A stretch of 64,000 bases of DNA. Source: an uncultured Candidatus Poseidoniales archaeon (GTDB taxonomy: Archaea; Thermoplasmatota; Poseidoniia; Poseidoniales; Thalassarchaeaceae). Below are positions 20,023-30,070 of the stretch, piece by piece. The notes under the pieces were generated by a model. That model was not told the DNA's origin and made no database searches. It saw only the letters and a program-made list of their open reading frames with translations. Each line of letters opens with the position of its first letter. The first letter of the stretch is position 1. The translations under genes and the position numbers were made by a program. The stretch lies in the NCBI GenBank assembly GCA_964013425.1, contig CAXGWC010000006.1:7083-71082 (forward strand), read 5' to 3'.

Positions 20023-21753
20023 TCAATTAATCCTGACCAACTGGAAATCAGTCATTTCTCTTAGAATCATCAGCGATTCTGACTCTTCTAGTATGTCAAG
20101 GCACGAATGAGCCTTGGAGTGGTGATACATTGCCCTGTCTTTAGCATATTTTATTGAGTCGTTATCATGCAACTCTTGAACGGCTTCAGCGAGTAAATCT
20201 GGGGAGCAATCTCCCGAGCCGTATGCCTTAGAGAAAGAAGGCAGATGATTTCCCGAGTCTAGAGCATGAATAGCAATCAGAGTTCTTTTTCCTTGCAAAA
20301 TATCTGATCCTGCTGGCTTCCCAAGAGTTTCAGTATCCCCAGTGACATCAATGAGATCGTCCATTAGCTGGAAACATAGTCCCATGTTTAGGCCCCACTC
20401 AGCTAGAGACTTTACTACCTCTTCGGATGCTCCGGAAAGCTTTGCACCCGTCATTGCGCATGTCTCGAACATAGCTGAGGTCTTTCCAGCTATCATCTCT
20501 ATGTACTCTTCTTCAGAGACCACGTCTCTTTTCTCAAACTCCATATCAATCATCTGCCCTTCAGCAACTCTTCTAACCATCTCTCCAATAGACTTCACCA
20601 AGAACACTAGGTCATCTGAGGCAATATGCTCTGATTCAGCCAAAATCTCAAACGCCACAGCCAGCATTGCATCACCTGCATTTATAGCTGTAGCATCGTC
20701 ATAAGCTACATGAACAGCGTCCAAACCCCTTCTGATTGGGTCCTGATCCATGATGTCATCATGTACTAGGGTAAAATTATGAATTATTTCTATAGACGCG
20801 CCTAGGGTATTGTGCCCGGGATTCGATCCACCTACTGCATCTCCTACAAGTTTAGGCATAATCGCCCTGAGCCTCTTTCCGCCTCCAGTGAATAGATGTT
20901 TCATTGCACCGTGTAATCTCTCTTGTTTAATCTTAGACAAACTAGAGAGAATCTCGTTCTCCACGACTTCTCTGTGTTCCTTTAAAGCTCCCATCAATGA
21001 GGAACCAGGTGAAACTTGCTGACCGTCTATTGAAACTTCTCCGAAAATAACGACCCCACTTCTTTTCTTAATATTATTAAAATTAGGATAATGTTCTGCA
21101 CAAAACTCTCTCCAAAGTAGTCTAAACCATGGAGCCACAATTTCCTTTTCCCACTCACCAGAACCATCCATTATCTCTCCTATTCCTTCAGATCCTATCC
21201 ATCTGTGGTTAGAAATCTCGTTCTCATTAGGAACAATCTCTAAGGAATCGACCTTTGTAATCAAAACATGATCTACTTCGTTCTCTAACCATTCTTCATT
21301 CCATCTGCACTTATACTGAAAAGAACCAAGATGGAAGAATTCCATAGAGTTTGCAATATCCTGATCTATTCCCAGCTCTTGGGGAAGCTTTCTCTTCGCC
21401 GCATTAATACAGCCCTGTATTGGGTCTCCATTTTCACCCTCAATGTCTAATGGATGGCTACAACAGCTATTTGCCCAAATTCCAGGAAACGTGATTTTAT
21501 CACGAGACCTCTGTTGAATTAACAACCTATTTTCGGAATCGAAAATTAGGACACTGAATGCTCTGTGGAGCATATCTTCTTCTATGTGACAGGCCAATTT
21601 ACTCTCGGAACCAATCATATTATCCTTAAGATCAACTAGAATACAACGCTCAGCCATCATCTCTGCCTGCGAGTTATCATACCCAGAGAGAGCGTTTGCA
21701 CCATCAACCATGACATTCCGAGAAACCCTCGACATATAACAGAATCCAATCAT
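20023..21753 (-). CDS. fusion protein: type-1 isopentenyl-diphosphate isomerase (N-terminal) :: geranylgeranyl/polyprenyl diphosphate synthase (C-terminal)
   Basis: N-terminal half has HRAFSVLIFDSENRLLIQQRSRDKITFPGIWANSCCSHP and ENEVDHV (IDI-1 Cys/Glu). C-terminal half has FARM LVHDDIMDQD and SARM FQLMDDLIDVTG. One uninterrupted 576-aa frame. Confidence 0.85.
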   Translation of the reverse strand: MIGFCYMSRVSRNVMVDGANALSGYDNSQAEMMAERCILVDLKDNMIGSESKLACHIEEDMLHRAFSVLIFDSENRLLIQQRSRDKITFPGIWANSCCSHPLDIEGENGDPIQGCINAAKRKLPQELGIDQDIANSMEFFHLGSFQYKCRWNEEWLENEVDHVLITKVDSLEIVPNENEISNHRWIGSEGIGEIMDGSGEWEKEIVAPWFRLLWREFCAEHYPNFNNIKKRSGVVIFGEVSIDGQQVSPGSSLMGALKEHREVVENEILSSLSKIKQERLHGAMKHLFTGGGKRLRAIMPKLVGDAVGGSNPGHNTLGASIEIIHNFTLVHDDIMDQDPIRRGLDAVHVAYDDATAINAGDAMLAVAFEILAESEHIASDDLVFLVKSIGEMVRRVAEGQMIDMEFEKRDVVSEEEYIEMIAGKTSAMFETCAMTGAKLSGASEEVVKSLAEWGLNMGLCFQLMDDLIDVTGDTETLGKPAGSDILQGKRTLIAIHALDSGNHLPSFSKAYGSGDCSPDLLAEAVQELHDNDSIKYAKDRAMYHHSKAHSCLDILEESESLMILREMTDFQLVRIN

Positions 21754-22559
21754 CCAAGTATTTTGGTACCAATGGTGGAGCCTCCATCTAGAAGCTGACT
21801 GATTCTTTCTGGATGATTTCCATTAATGAACCAAACTTCATCAACGCCTCTTGATATCTGTGAAGCCCTGTTCGCCTTCAACTCAATTCCTCCTGTTACA
21901 TCCTGTTCGGAATTGTGCGAGGTCTCGATATGTTCCTCAGCACTCCAAATTGGCACGAGCCTTGATCCTTCTGTATTCGGTGGCATATCCATCATCCCAT
22001 CTACATCTCCAAGTAGGAAGATAGAATGTGTTACTGAAGGTAATTCAAGTGATATCCTAGCCATTAAATCATCTCCCGAAAGTATGCCAAACTCTGCCTC
22101 TCCGCTGACCCTGACAACATCTCCAAAGGATACTGGAACGGTGTCTCTAGGTGTATTCTCGAAGATATCCAAGTCACCAACGAAGCTCTTTCCTGTTTCC
22201 ATAGCCCACTCTGAAGGTGGAAAAACCGCAAATTCGACCCCAAAACTACTCAAAGAATCAGTCACATATTCACATAGCTCTGCCATGTCTGACCTAACTT
22301 TCAATACGGCATCACGTTGTTGCTCTGAAATTTCATCATCAACACCCCCCGCTAAAGACCACTTCTTAGCAAGTAGATGTCCAAATGAACCGGCTCCGTG
22401 AATTAGTATTACCGAATGTCCATTAGCAATTATCTTCGAAATTTCACTACATATGGAGTCGATAACTCCCTTTTTGGCGGTTTTAAATGAGGATTTATCT
22501 GTGATAAGACCACCTCCCAACTTCATTACCACCTTCGCGGCCATGCTGGTCTGAGGCAC
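21750..22559 (-). CDS. ipk: isopentenyl phosphate kinase
   Basis: Amino-acid-kinase fold: VVMKLGGGLITDK, IHGAGSFGH, DVTGGI. 4-nt overlap with the downstream Idi::GGPPS gene. Confidence 0.85.
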   Translation of the reverse strand: MPQTSMAAKVVMKLGGGLITDKSSFKTAKKGVIDSICSEISKIIANGHSVILIHGAGSFGHLLAKKWSLAGGVDDEISEQQRDAVLKVRSDMAELCEYVTDSLSSFGVEFAVFPPSEWAMETGKSFVGDLDIFENTPRDTVPVSFGDVVRVSGEAEFGILSGDDLMARISLELPSVTHSIFLLGDVDGMMDMPPNTEGSRLVPIWSAEEHIETSHNSEQDVTGGIELKANRASQISRGVDEVWFINGNHPERISQLLDGGSTIGTKILG

Positions 22560-22608
22560 TGATTAGATTTGGGTTCTCCTATCATATTATTGAAAGGTTC
22601 ATTTCTTA

Positions 22609-22956
22609 TTGGGGTTTGGGAGATGTATGTCCGACGCCGGGGAAATTGAAATCTTTCAGAGGTGGCTACAATCTAAGCTAGTTGCCACACAACATATCGA
22701 AGATCCCATTGAGAGGGATAGGAGAAGATCACATATCGAATCTGCGATATCAGAAGCAATATACTTTAGAGAGTCGTTAGAGAAATTAGAGTCTCTTGAA
22801 TCCCCCTCTCCATTCATTGAGAGGAGCTCCTCAGTGAGGTCAATAGATACCAGGGACCATGCTGTCTCTACCAAGGATGGCAAGAAATGCGTCAAATGCT
22901 CCTCTGATTTAGTAGAAGATCTCAGTTTCTGTCCCATATGTGGAGAAGAGAATTAA
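22609..22956 (+). CDS. hypothetical protein with C-terminal zinc ribbon
   Basis: CVKCSSDL...FCPICGEEN at the C-terminus. Otherwise no motif. Confidence 0.45.
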   Translation: MGFGRCMSDAGEIEIFQRWLQSKLVATQHIEDPIERDRRRSHIESAISEAIYFRESLEKLESLESPSPFIERSSSVRSIDTRDHAVSTKDGKKCVKCSSDLVEDLSFCPICGEEN

Positions 22957-23682
22957 CTACTCTTCTTCATCCCACTTTGCTCTGGCCAGTTGGAACTCAG
23001 GGTCATCGTACGGTAGTATGCTCAAGTATTCTCCCGGCACTGATTCTACCAAGTAAACGGTAACTCCTGCATGCCATACCGTCTCCCCTGATGCGACCAT
23101 GGATGCAGTATCCACCTCCAAGATTGAAGGACTGCTGTGGTGGACTTTACCAGCTTCGGCGGCCGATCTTACTGTGGCTGAAAGATGAACATGAGATCTT
23201 CCACTGGGGGTAATGCCCACCTCGAGAAGATTTTCTGCCTCTTCTGGAGAACAGGGATAGAACAGAGAGGGGGGTATGTTATCAGTCGGTAGATCCAACT
23301 CAATTTCTAGACTATGTCCATAGGTAGCTCTGATTACATTGCCTCTAATTTCGTATCTTCCCTTTGGGTCGGTCTCTGCAATTGCCCTAAAGTGATGAGG
23401 TCTCAACCAATGATATCTCCTCTCATTGGACCTTTTGAACTGCCTGATAATGTCCTTGATGTCTATCCAGCCATTGATATCCATCTCCAAATCAAATTTC
23501 TCAGGAGCGTGCCTCAGAGCTAAAGCTAATCTTCTGGCCAGTGAATCTCTCTCATTCCCCCTCATGATGAACTTACCCTCGTCGTTACACGCAGGACATA
23601 GATCATCATCCGCAAAATACTTGATACACCCGGGTTTGATACATTCTCTAATCATATTATCATCCCTCCCAGTTGAAGTCAT
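22957..23682 (-). CDS. kptA: RNA 2'-phosphotransferase Tpt1/KptA with N-terminal zinc-ribbon extension
   Basis: LALALRHAPEKFDL..NGWIDIKDI, DPKGRYEI, IRATYGHS and GRSHVHLS give the Arg-His-Arg-Arg tetrad. An extra CIKPGC...CPAC segment lies at the N-terminus. Confidence 0.8.
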   Translation of the reverse strand: MTSTGRDDNMIRECIKPGCIKYFADDDLCPACNDEGKFIMRGNERDSLARRLALALRHAPEKFDLEMDINGWIDIKDIIRQFKRSNERRYHWLRPHHFRAIAETDPKGRYEIRGNVIRATYGHSLEIELDLPTDNIPPSLFYPCSPEEAENLLEVGITPSGRSHVHLSATVRSAAEAGKVHHSSPSILEVDTASMVASGETVWHAGVTVYLVESVPGEYLSILPYDDPEFQLARAKWDEEE

Positions 23683-23759
23683 CTCAAGAACCTCTCGGTC
23701 GGAGGCCTACATTGATTTAACCACCAAGCATTAATTTCCCTCTTCTGCCTCCAACACAC

Positions 23760-24890
23760 GTGAGAGCTGTAATAGTCGATTGGATGAGGAGCCCTTTCCA
23801 TCGATCACATAAGGGAAAGCTGTCACAAATTCGCCCGGATGAATTATTAGGCCAAGTCACCAAGTCATTGCTGGATAGGAATCCCATCAACCTAGACGAA
23901 ATTGATGATATCATAGTAGGTTGTGCATACCCCGAAGGAGAACAGGGATACAATATTGGTAGACTACTTACATTTCTCGGCGGAATGCCAGACAAGGTCC
24001 CCGGGATGACCATCAATAGGCTATGCGGGTCATCAATGCAGGCTATACTTGTCGCCGCCTCAAACATTGAGAGTGGTTGGGGAGATTGCTTTCTGTGCGG
24101 AGGCATAGAGTCAATGAGTAGAATCAAGAGAAGGGGATTCAATTGGAGCCCGCACCCTGATCTTGAGAAAGTGTTTCCAGACGCTTACATTAATATGGGA
24201 ATTACAGCAGAGAATGTAGCCGAGAAGTGGAATATTTCTAGATCTTCTCAAGAAGAATTTGCTCTAGATTCGCATATGAAATCAATCTATGCTAGAGACA
24301 ACGGTTACTTCAAATCTGAGATTTGTCCTATAAATTCAGATGAGGGTGTAATAGATGAAGATGGTTGCTTAAGGAACACGTCCTTGGATGCAATGTCTAA
24401 ACTAAACCCAGTATTCAAAAATAATGGTTCAGTGACAGCGGCCACATCATCGCCTTTGACAGATGGAGCGGTCTCTATGCTAGTCTGTAGCTCTGAATTT
24501 GCTGAAAAGAATGGATTGGAACCATTAGCAAGAATAGTCACCAGTGCCGTCACCGGATGCCCTCCAAACATGATGGGAATTGGACCTATATCATCGACTC
24601 AAAAAGCACTCGAACTTTCAGGATGGAATATCGACGATGTCGATGTTTTCGAAATCAATGAGGCCTTTTCCTCGCAAAGTATAGCTGTGATTAATGAATT
24701 GTCGATTGACTATCACAAGGTAAATATCGATGGAGGAGCCATTTCAATAGGTCATCCTCTTGGAGCTTCTGGTGCGAGAATTGTTGGAAAGGCCGCATCC
24801 ATAATGGACAGAACCAATTCAGAGAGGGCATTAGCGACAATGTGTATAGGTGGAGGAATGGGCATCACAATCGTACTTGAAAGGCCCTAG
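23760..24890 (+). CDS. acetyl-CoA C-acyltransferase (thiolase)
   Basis: Active-site NRLCGSSMQA, NEAFSSQ, GHPLGASGAR and CIGGGMG. GTG start. Confidence 0.9.
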   Translation: MRAVIVDWMRSPFHRSHKGKLSQIRPDELLGQVTKSLLDRNPINLDEIDDIIVGCAYPEGEQGYNIGRLLTFLGGMPDKVPGMTINRLCGSSMQAILVAASNIESGWGDCFLCGGIESMSRIKRRGFNWSPHPDLEKVFPDAYINMGITAENVAEKWNISRSSQEEFALDSHMKSIYARDNGYFKSEICPINSDEGVIDEDGCLRNTSLDAMSKLNPVFKNNGSVTAATSSPLTDGAVSMLVCSSEFAEKNGLEPLARIVTSAVTGCPPNMMGIGPISSTQKALELSGWNIDDVDVFEINEAFSSQSIAVINELSIDYHKVNIDGGAISIGHPLGASGARIVGKAASIMDRTNSERALATMCIGGGMGITIVLERP

Positions 24891-25441
24891 AGAACGAGTC
24901 TGCCATCACATTCTGGACACTTATCCTCTTCGCTAAGTAGAGATGGTATTACAGCTAGGATACTGGAGCAATGGGGGCACATTGACATTACCTCCTCATC
25001 TGCCAGAACAGTATCTTTAGAGCTACTTATTCCCTCAAACCACCCTCTGAATGAAACGTTGTTGAGTGGTTTTACCCTTCTAACTGATGAAATACCAAGA
25101 AGTACATACAAGGCTCCGACAATAGCAGAGGGGCCCAATACCATTACTAGGAAACCTTCGAACATGAAACAAATTCCCAATGCGCCTAAGGAAATTGTGG
25201 ATAAGAAGATGCCTGGGCTCTTACGAAGACGTAGTAGAACTGCACCTGTAATCGAAACAGGTAACATGATCATACCGAATATCATTGGAAAGATGAAAAA
25301 TATTGACCTGTCGTACGGCAAGCTAAAGATCACTAGAACTTGAACAATGGCCAGAATGATGAGTAAAAAGGATATATGTCGGGTTAAAGAAAGCATGCCC
25401 CGAGTCATAGTCTCAAACATTCGCGGGAGCGACGCACTCAT
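24887..25441 (-). CDS. hypothetical membrane protein (about 4 TM) with C-terminal zinc ribbon
   Basis: Hydrophobic helices followed by CPHCSS...CPECDG. Confidence 0.5.
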   Translation of the reverse strand: MSASLPRMFETMTRGMLSLTRHISFLLIILAIVQVLVIFSLPYDRSIFFIFPMIFGMIMLPVSITGAVLLRLRKSPGIFLSTISLGALGICFMFEGFLVMVLGPSAIVGALYVLLGISSVRRVKPLNNVSFRGWFEGISSSKDTVLADEEVMSMCPHCSSILAVIPSLLSEEDKCPECDGRLVL

Positions 25442-25464
25442 GAATCACTCGGCAATCGGAAGCC

Positions 25465-26652
25465 ATGGCCGGAGACACAGGCGTCAGCCAACTTAGCAAT
25501 TCTCTGGCTGGTCGTAAGGTCTTGTTAGCAGTAACCGGAGGCATAGCTGCAGTAGAATCAATCAAACTTTGTCGAGAGCTCAGAAGACACGGTGCGCTTG
25601 TTTCCCCGATGATGACAAAGGAGGCTACGAAGGTAATTACTCCACTAGCTCTATCATGGGGATCGAATAGTGATATCATATCTAATTGGGACTCTTCAAT
25701 GTCGCAACTAGATGACTATGATGGAATCATTGTCGCCCCTGCAACTAGAAATACAATTTCTAAGCACCTGAATGGGATTATCGACTCTCCAGTGATGATG
25801 GCTCTTTCTGCAGCAAGAGGAAAAGGTACGCCATTAATTTTCGTTCCTTCTATGCATTCAGATCTTTTTGATGACCCAGTTACTAGTGAAATCCTTTCTC
25901 AGTTATCCTCAGAAGGATCACATGTCATTATCGACCATGAGAAGGAGGGAAAAATAAAGCAACCAAGTCATATCAGGATAGTCGCAGAATTCAGCAATAT
26001 CCTAAATTCCGACCTTCCCAATAGAAAGAGAATAGCAATTACTCTGGGATCGAATATTGCACCCATAGATGATGTTCGTAGCATAACCAATCATTCTACA
26101 GGAACAACAGGTTGGTCAATATCAGAATACCTTTACAGAATGGGTCATGATGTTTTCTGCATAGCGGGTCGCACCCAATACTATCCCAATTTCAATCTAC
26201 CAAAAGTAAAGTACACCGAGCACCCAATCGAAATGTTGGAAGAAGCAGTCAATATCTCCTCCTCATTTACACCAGAAGTTTGGATTTTTTCGGCCGCAGT
26301 ACTAGATTATGTCCCGAAGCCTTCCGAAGGTAAGATACCAAGCACCAAAGAAGAAATTCAAATTAAAATGGATCCTACTCAAAAGCACATTCCTGTAATA
26401 TTAAACGCAACAGGTCAGTGTTACTCCATCGGATTCAAACTAGAAAGTAATATAGATTTGGAAAAACTACTTGAGAAAGCTTCCTCACAGATTTCCCGAT
26501 ATTCTTTGGATGCCGTTATCGCAAATAGATTAGAGGACCTAAACAATCCTGAATCTCCAAGGGCCTGGATACTAGATTCCACGGGAAAAAGTTCAGAAAT
26601 ATCAGATCTTACTTCTCTTTGTGGGATAATCGAGTCATTAATAGCGAATTAA
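25465..26652 (+). CDS. coaBC: bifunctional phosphopantothenoylcysteine decarboxylase / phosphopantothenate-cysteine ligase
   Basis: Flavoprotein N-domain KVLLAVTGGIAAVES and PATRNTISK. C-terminal DFP domain ITNHSTGTTG and AAVLDY. Confidence 0.88.
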   Translation: MAGDTGVSQLSNSLAGRKVLLAVTGGIAAVESIKLCRELRRHGALVSPMMTKEATKVITPLALSWGSNSDIISNWDSSMSQLDDYDGIIVAPATRNTISKHLNGIIDSPVMMALSAARGKGTPLIFVPSMHSDLFDDPVTSEILSQLSSEGSHVIIDHEKEGKIKQPSHIRIVAEFSNILNSDLPNRKRIAITLGSNIAPIDDVRSITNHSTGTTGWSISEYLYRMGHDVFCIAGRTQYYPNFNLPKVKYTEHPIEMLEEAVNISSSFTPEVWIFSAAVLDYVPKPSEGKIPSTKEEIQIKMDPTQKHIPVILNATGQCYSIGFKLESNIDLEKLLEKASSQISRYSLDAVIANRLEDLNNPESPRAWILDSTGKSSEISDLTSLCGIIESLIAN

Positions 26653-26700
26653 CGGCACCATGATACGAATTATTCAAACCATCACCGCACACGGCGATAC

Positions 26701-28221
26701 ATGGGCAACCCTGGGAAGGCTAAGAGAGGAATTCCTCCAAAGTCTGAATTCAACTCTTGGTATCCATCTATCGTGGAGATAGCTGACTTAGTGGACAAAA
26801 GATATCCAATTAAGGGAATGGATGTTTGGAAGCCGTATGGCTTGAGGGCAATGTCACTTATCGACTCCCTTACGAGAAATCAGATGTCTATGACCGATCA
26901 TCACGAACATAGGTTCCCTCTACTGGTGCCAGAAAATTTGTTGGATAAGGAGAACAAACTAGTATCTAGATTGAAGGCCGCCAGAGAAGCTGGAGTTGAC
27001 CCATCAGAACTCAGAATGGATGAAGAAGATTCGGGCTTCAAGAAAGAGGTATACTGGGTAACCCATGGAGGAGAAAACGAGCTAGACTCTCCGATGTTTC
27101 TTAGACCGACCTCTGAGACTCCTATGTACACAATGTTCTCCCTATGGGTCAGAAGCCATACAGACCTCCCTTTGAAGACCTTTCAGATTGTCAATACTTT
27201 CCGCTACGAAACTAAACAGACTAGATCATTCATTAGAGTCAGGGAAATCCACTTTTTCGAGGCACACACCGTACATGCGGACGAGGAGGGAGCTACAGAA
27301 CAGATCTCCGAGGATGCCAATATGGTCCAGAGTATTTTGCACGATCTCTGCCTCCCTAATCTAGTATCTAAAAGACCAATTTGGGACACGTTCCCTGGTG
27401 CTTGGTACACCATGGCCGCTGATGTTGTAATGCCTAATGGTAGGACCTTGCAGGTTGCTACATACCACCATTATCGTGATCAATGGGCAAAGGCATTCGA
27501 TTTGAAGTATGAAGACTCAGATGGTGAAACTAAATTTTGCCACCAAACTACATTTGGTATGTCTGAGAGATTGTTGGGTTCTGTAGTGGGGATGCATGGA
27601 GATGATCAGGGACTGATAATGCCTCCTGCAATCGCCCCTTTCCAAGTAGTTCTTCTGCCCATCGCAGCACACGTTCGTGATGATGTGTTGACCGAGATCT
27701 CCATAATTAATGAGCGTCTCAGAAAAATTGGTATCAGGACACACCTCGACGATAGAGATGTCAGGCCTGGCGTGAAACATTTTGACTGGGAGATCAAAGG
27801 TGTCCCGATTAGGTTAGAACTCGGGCCCCGAGATATTGACTCTGGTAGCTTCGTTATTACAGAGAGAACCGGCAAGAAGTACGAAGCTAACCTAGCAAAT
27901 CTGGAGGAATCCATAGTCACTGCATTGGATTCCGTTTCGAATGAACTCAGAGAGAGGGCAAATAAAGTATTCAATAGCCTGGTAGTTGAACTTCCAGATA
28001 TCATCAAGTCGGAAGATGGCCATGATTTTTCATCTCCTCTAAATGATGGCACAGTTTACTCCTTTCCTTTCTGTGGGAACGACTCCGACGCTGAGGTCAT
28101 CGAGAAGCTTTCTGGACTGACCATGCTAGGCGAATGCGTTGATAAATACTCAGAGCCTAGGAATTGCATAATTACCGGAAAACAAACTACGAACAAACAT
28201 CACATGGCTAGAATGTACTAG
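26701..28221 (+). CDS. proS: prolyl-tRNA synthetase (archaeal/eukaryotic type)
   Basis: FNSWYPSIVEIADLVD, class II motifs (LRPTSET, FRYE...R.FIRVREFHFFEAHT), anticodon-binding and C-terminal Zn-type domains. Confidence 0.93.
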   Translation: MGNPGKAKRGIPPKSEFNSWYPSIVEIADLVDKRYPIKGMDVWKPYGLRAMSLIDSLTRNQMSMTDHHEHRFPLLVPENLLDKENKLVSRLKAAREAGVDPSELRMDEEDSGFKKEVYWVTHGGENELDSPMFLRPTSETPMYTMFSLWVRSHTDLPLKTFQIVNTFRYETKQTRSFIRVREIHFFEAHTVHADEEGATEQISEDANMVQSILHDLCLPNLVSKRPIWDTFPGAWYTMAADVVMPNGRTLQVATYHHYRDQWAKAFDLKYEDSDGETKFCHQTTFGMSERLLGSVVGMHGDDQGLIMPPAIAPFQVVLLPIAAHVRDDVLTEISIINERLRKIGIRTHLDDRDVRPGVKHFDWEIKGVPIRLELGPRDIDSGSFVITERTGKKYEANLANLEESIVTALDSVSNELRERANKVFNSLVVELPDIIKSEDGHDFSSPLNDGTVYSFPFCGNDSDAEVIEKLSGLTMLGECVDKYSEPRNCIITGKQTTNKHHMARMY

Positions 28222-29081
28222 GCTCTTTTTCTGGCTGTGATTAACAACAATCCTACAAACGTCATAATCAGAGCACCGTCTATTATGTCTCCTGTACCTG
28301 CCTCGCCCCATGCTTCTTTACTCTCCAAGTTTGAATATTCCGTCCAAATTAATCTTGTATTATCGTTACAATAAGTACTCTGCTCTCCAGATTCTGTAAG
28401 CACACTAATCACTTGCTCTCCGGAGCCATTAGACCACGCTACAGGAACGCCATCCTCAGATAATGTAGACAGGTATGAGTAAGGAGGATTTTCTATTATC
28501 CAATTAAATGAGGTGATTCGTGCAGATTCAGAAAGGTTCCATGAACTAATTCCTTCTTCGACCACCACACTAGATCCATTTTGAGAAACACTCCACTCAA
28601 GAACATACTCTGAGTAGTTGTTCAATCCATACATATTCCAAACAATATACAAAGTACCATTCTCGTTAAGGTGAGAAGACGTGCTCATTTCAAGCTCCTG
28701 TATCGGCTCCTCCTCCGAACACAATGTGATAACCGAACCCAACCCAAAAGACACGTTGTAGGATGAAATAACCAGGCACAAAAACATGATCAGAGGGATG
28801 AATAAACGTCTTCTCTTAACCTTAATTTTTTGATTATTTCCCGACTCATGCGGACTTTCAGCATTAGGCATTTCAACTCCACCATTGCCGTTCAATGTCG
28901 TGATTCTAAGTTCTGGAGGCTTTACTGGGGGATCTACTCCCATGGTCTCCAAAGCTTCCCTTCCATAGATTCTTTCAGCCATGAAGTAGAGCTCTTCGTC
29001 ACCACTGATTTCAGAAGGTTGTATCGAACCATCTAGAACTCCCTTTATTCTTTCAGAGGCATCCATAGAGTGCGGTCGCAT
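28218..29081 (-). CDS. hypothetical surface protein, N-terminal TM anchor plus C-terminal TM/basic tail
   Basis: TM LFIPLIMFLCLVISS, then an N-X-S/T-rich ectodomain, ending in GTGDIIDGALIMTFVGLLLITARKRA. Confidence 0.55.
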   Translation of the reverse strand: MRPHSMDASERIKGVLDGSIQPSEISGDEELYFMAERIYGREALETMGVDPPVKPPELRITTLNGNGGVEMPNAESPHESGNNQKIKVKRRRLFIPLIMFLCLVISSYNVSFGLGSVITLCSEEEPIQELEMSTSSHLNENGTLYIVWNMYGLNNYSEYVLEWSVSQNGSSVVVEEGISSWNLSESARITSFNWIIENPPYSYLSTLSEDGVPVAWSNGSGEQVISVLTESGEQSTYCNDNTRLIWTEYSNLESKEAWGEAGTGDIIDGALIMTFVGLLLITARKRA

Positions 29082-29128
29082 AGATACTTCATGAATGAAA
29101 CCCTATGAATGATTAAATTAATTACGAT

Positions 29129-30070
29129 TCAGGACATTAATGATTCACACGAGTTAGCAATATCTCCGTATGTTATCCCCATAGATTCCATCAGCTCTTG
29201 AGGAGTCCCACTCTCGCCAAACCTATCAGATACTCCCACCATCCTCAGAGGGGTGCCACCACTGTATGAGAGATGCTCAGCAACGGCACCTCCCAATCCT
29301 CCAATGACTGAATGATCTTCAGCTGTTACCAGTCCCTTGCATTTTCCTGCTAGTTCGTCAATCAATTCTGTATCGAGTGGTTTGAGTGTATGCATGTCTA
29401 CTACTGTGGCCTCTATGCCTTTGGAGGATAAGTATTCGGCGGCTTTCATCGACTCAGATACCATCACTCCACAGGAAATAATAGCCACGTCGCCTCCCTC
29501 TCTTAGAACCGAACCCTTTCCAATTTTCAAACTCTTACAGGTTTTTTGATTGTACATTCGGGGAGTTTTGTTCCTTGCCGTCCTTGTATATGATGGATTA
29601 CCGTGATTAAGAAGCTGTACCGTCAGTTCTTCGGCCGATAGATCATCGCAAGGGTGCATTACTGTCATTCCAGGTATGGTCCTGTAGAGGGCTAAATCTT
29701 CTATTGATTGTGCGCTACTGCCATCTGTGCCAGTGTGCACGCCTCCATGACTTCCACACAAATGTACTATTAATCCCGGCCTAGCAACACCGTTCCTGAC
29801 TTGTTCGAAACCTCTCTCTGTGAAAATTGCGAATGTGCTGGCAAACGGAACTTTCCCAGATGATGCCATGCCGGAGGCCACTAGGACCATATTTTGCTCT
29901 GCAATACCCAGAGAAATTGTTCTCTCAGGATATAATTCTCTGAAATGACAAGATTTTGTAGACTTTCCAAGATCTGCTTCCAAGACAACCACTCTGGGAT
30001 CTCTGGATAATCTTAGCAGAGCCGAACCATATCCGTCTCTGGATGCACCACCTGTGGAAGGGGCACTCAT
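29129..30070 (-). CDS. transketolase, C-terminal (pyrimidine-binding) subunit
   Basis: GIAEQNMV, STFAIF and GGLG motifs. Typical archaeal split transketolase, with a 4-nt overlap to the N-subunit gene. Confidence 0.92.
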   Translation of the reverse strand: MSAPSTGGASRDGYGSALLRLSRDPRVVVLEADLGKSTKSCHFRELYPERTISLGIAEQNMVLVASGMASSGKVPFASTFAIFTERGFEQVRNGVARPGLIVHLCGSHGGVHTGTDGSSAQSIEDLALYRTIPGMTVMHPCDDLSAEELTVQLLNHGNPSYTRTARNKTPRMYNQKTCKSLKIGKGSVLREGGDVAIISCGVMVSESMKAAEYLSSKGIEATVVDMHTLKPLDTELIDELAGKCKGLVTAEDHSVIGGLGGAVAEHLSYSGGTPLRMVGVSDRFGESGTPQELMESMGITYGDIANSCESLMS

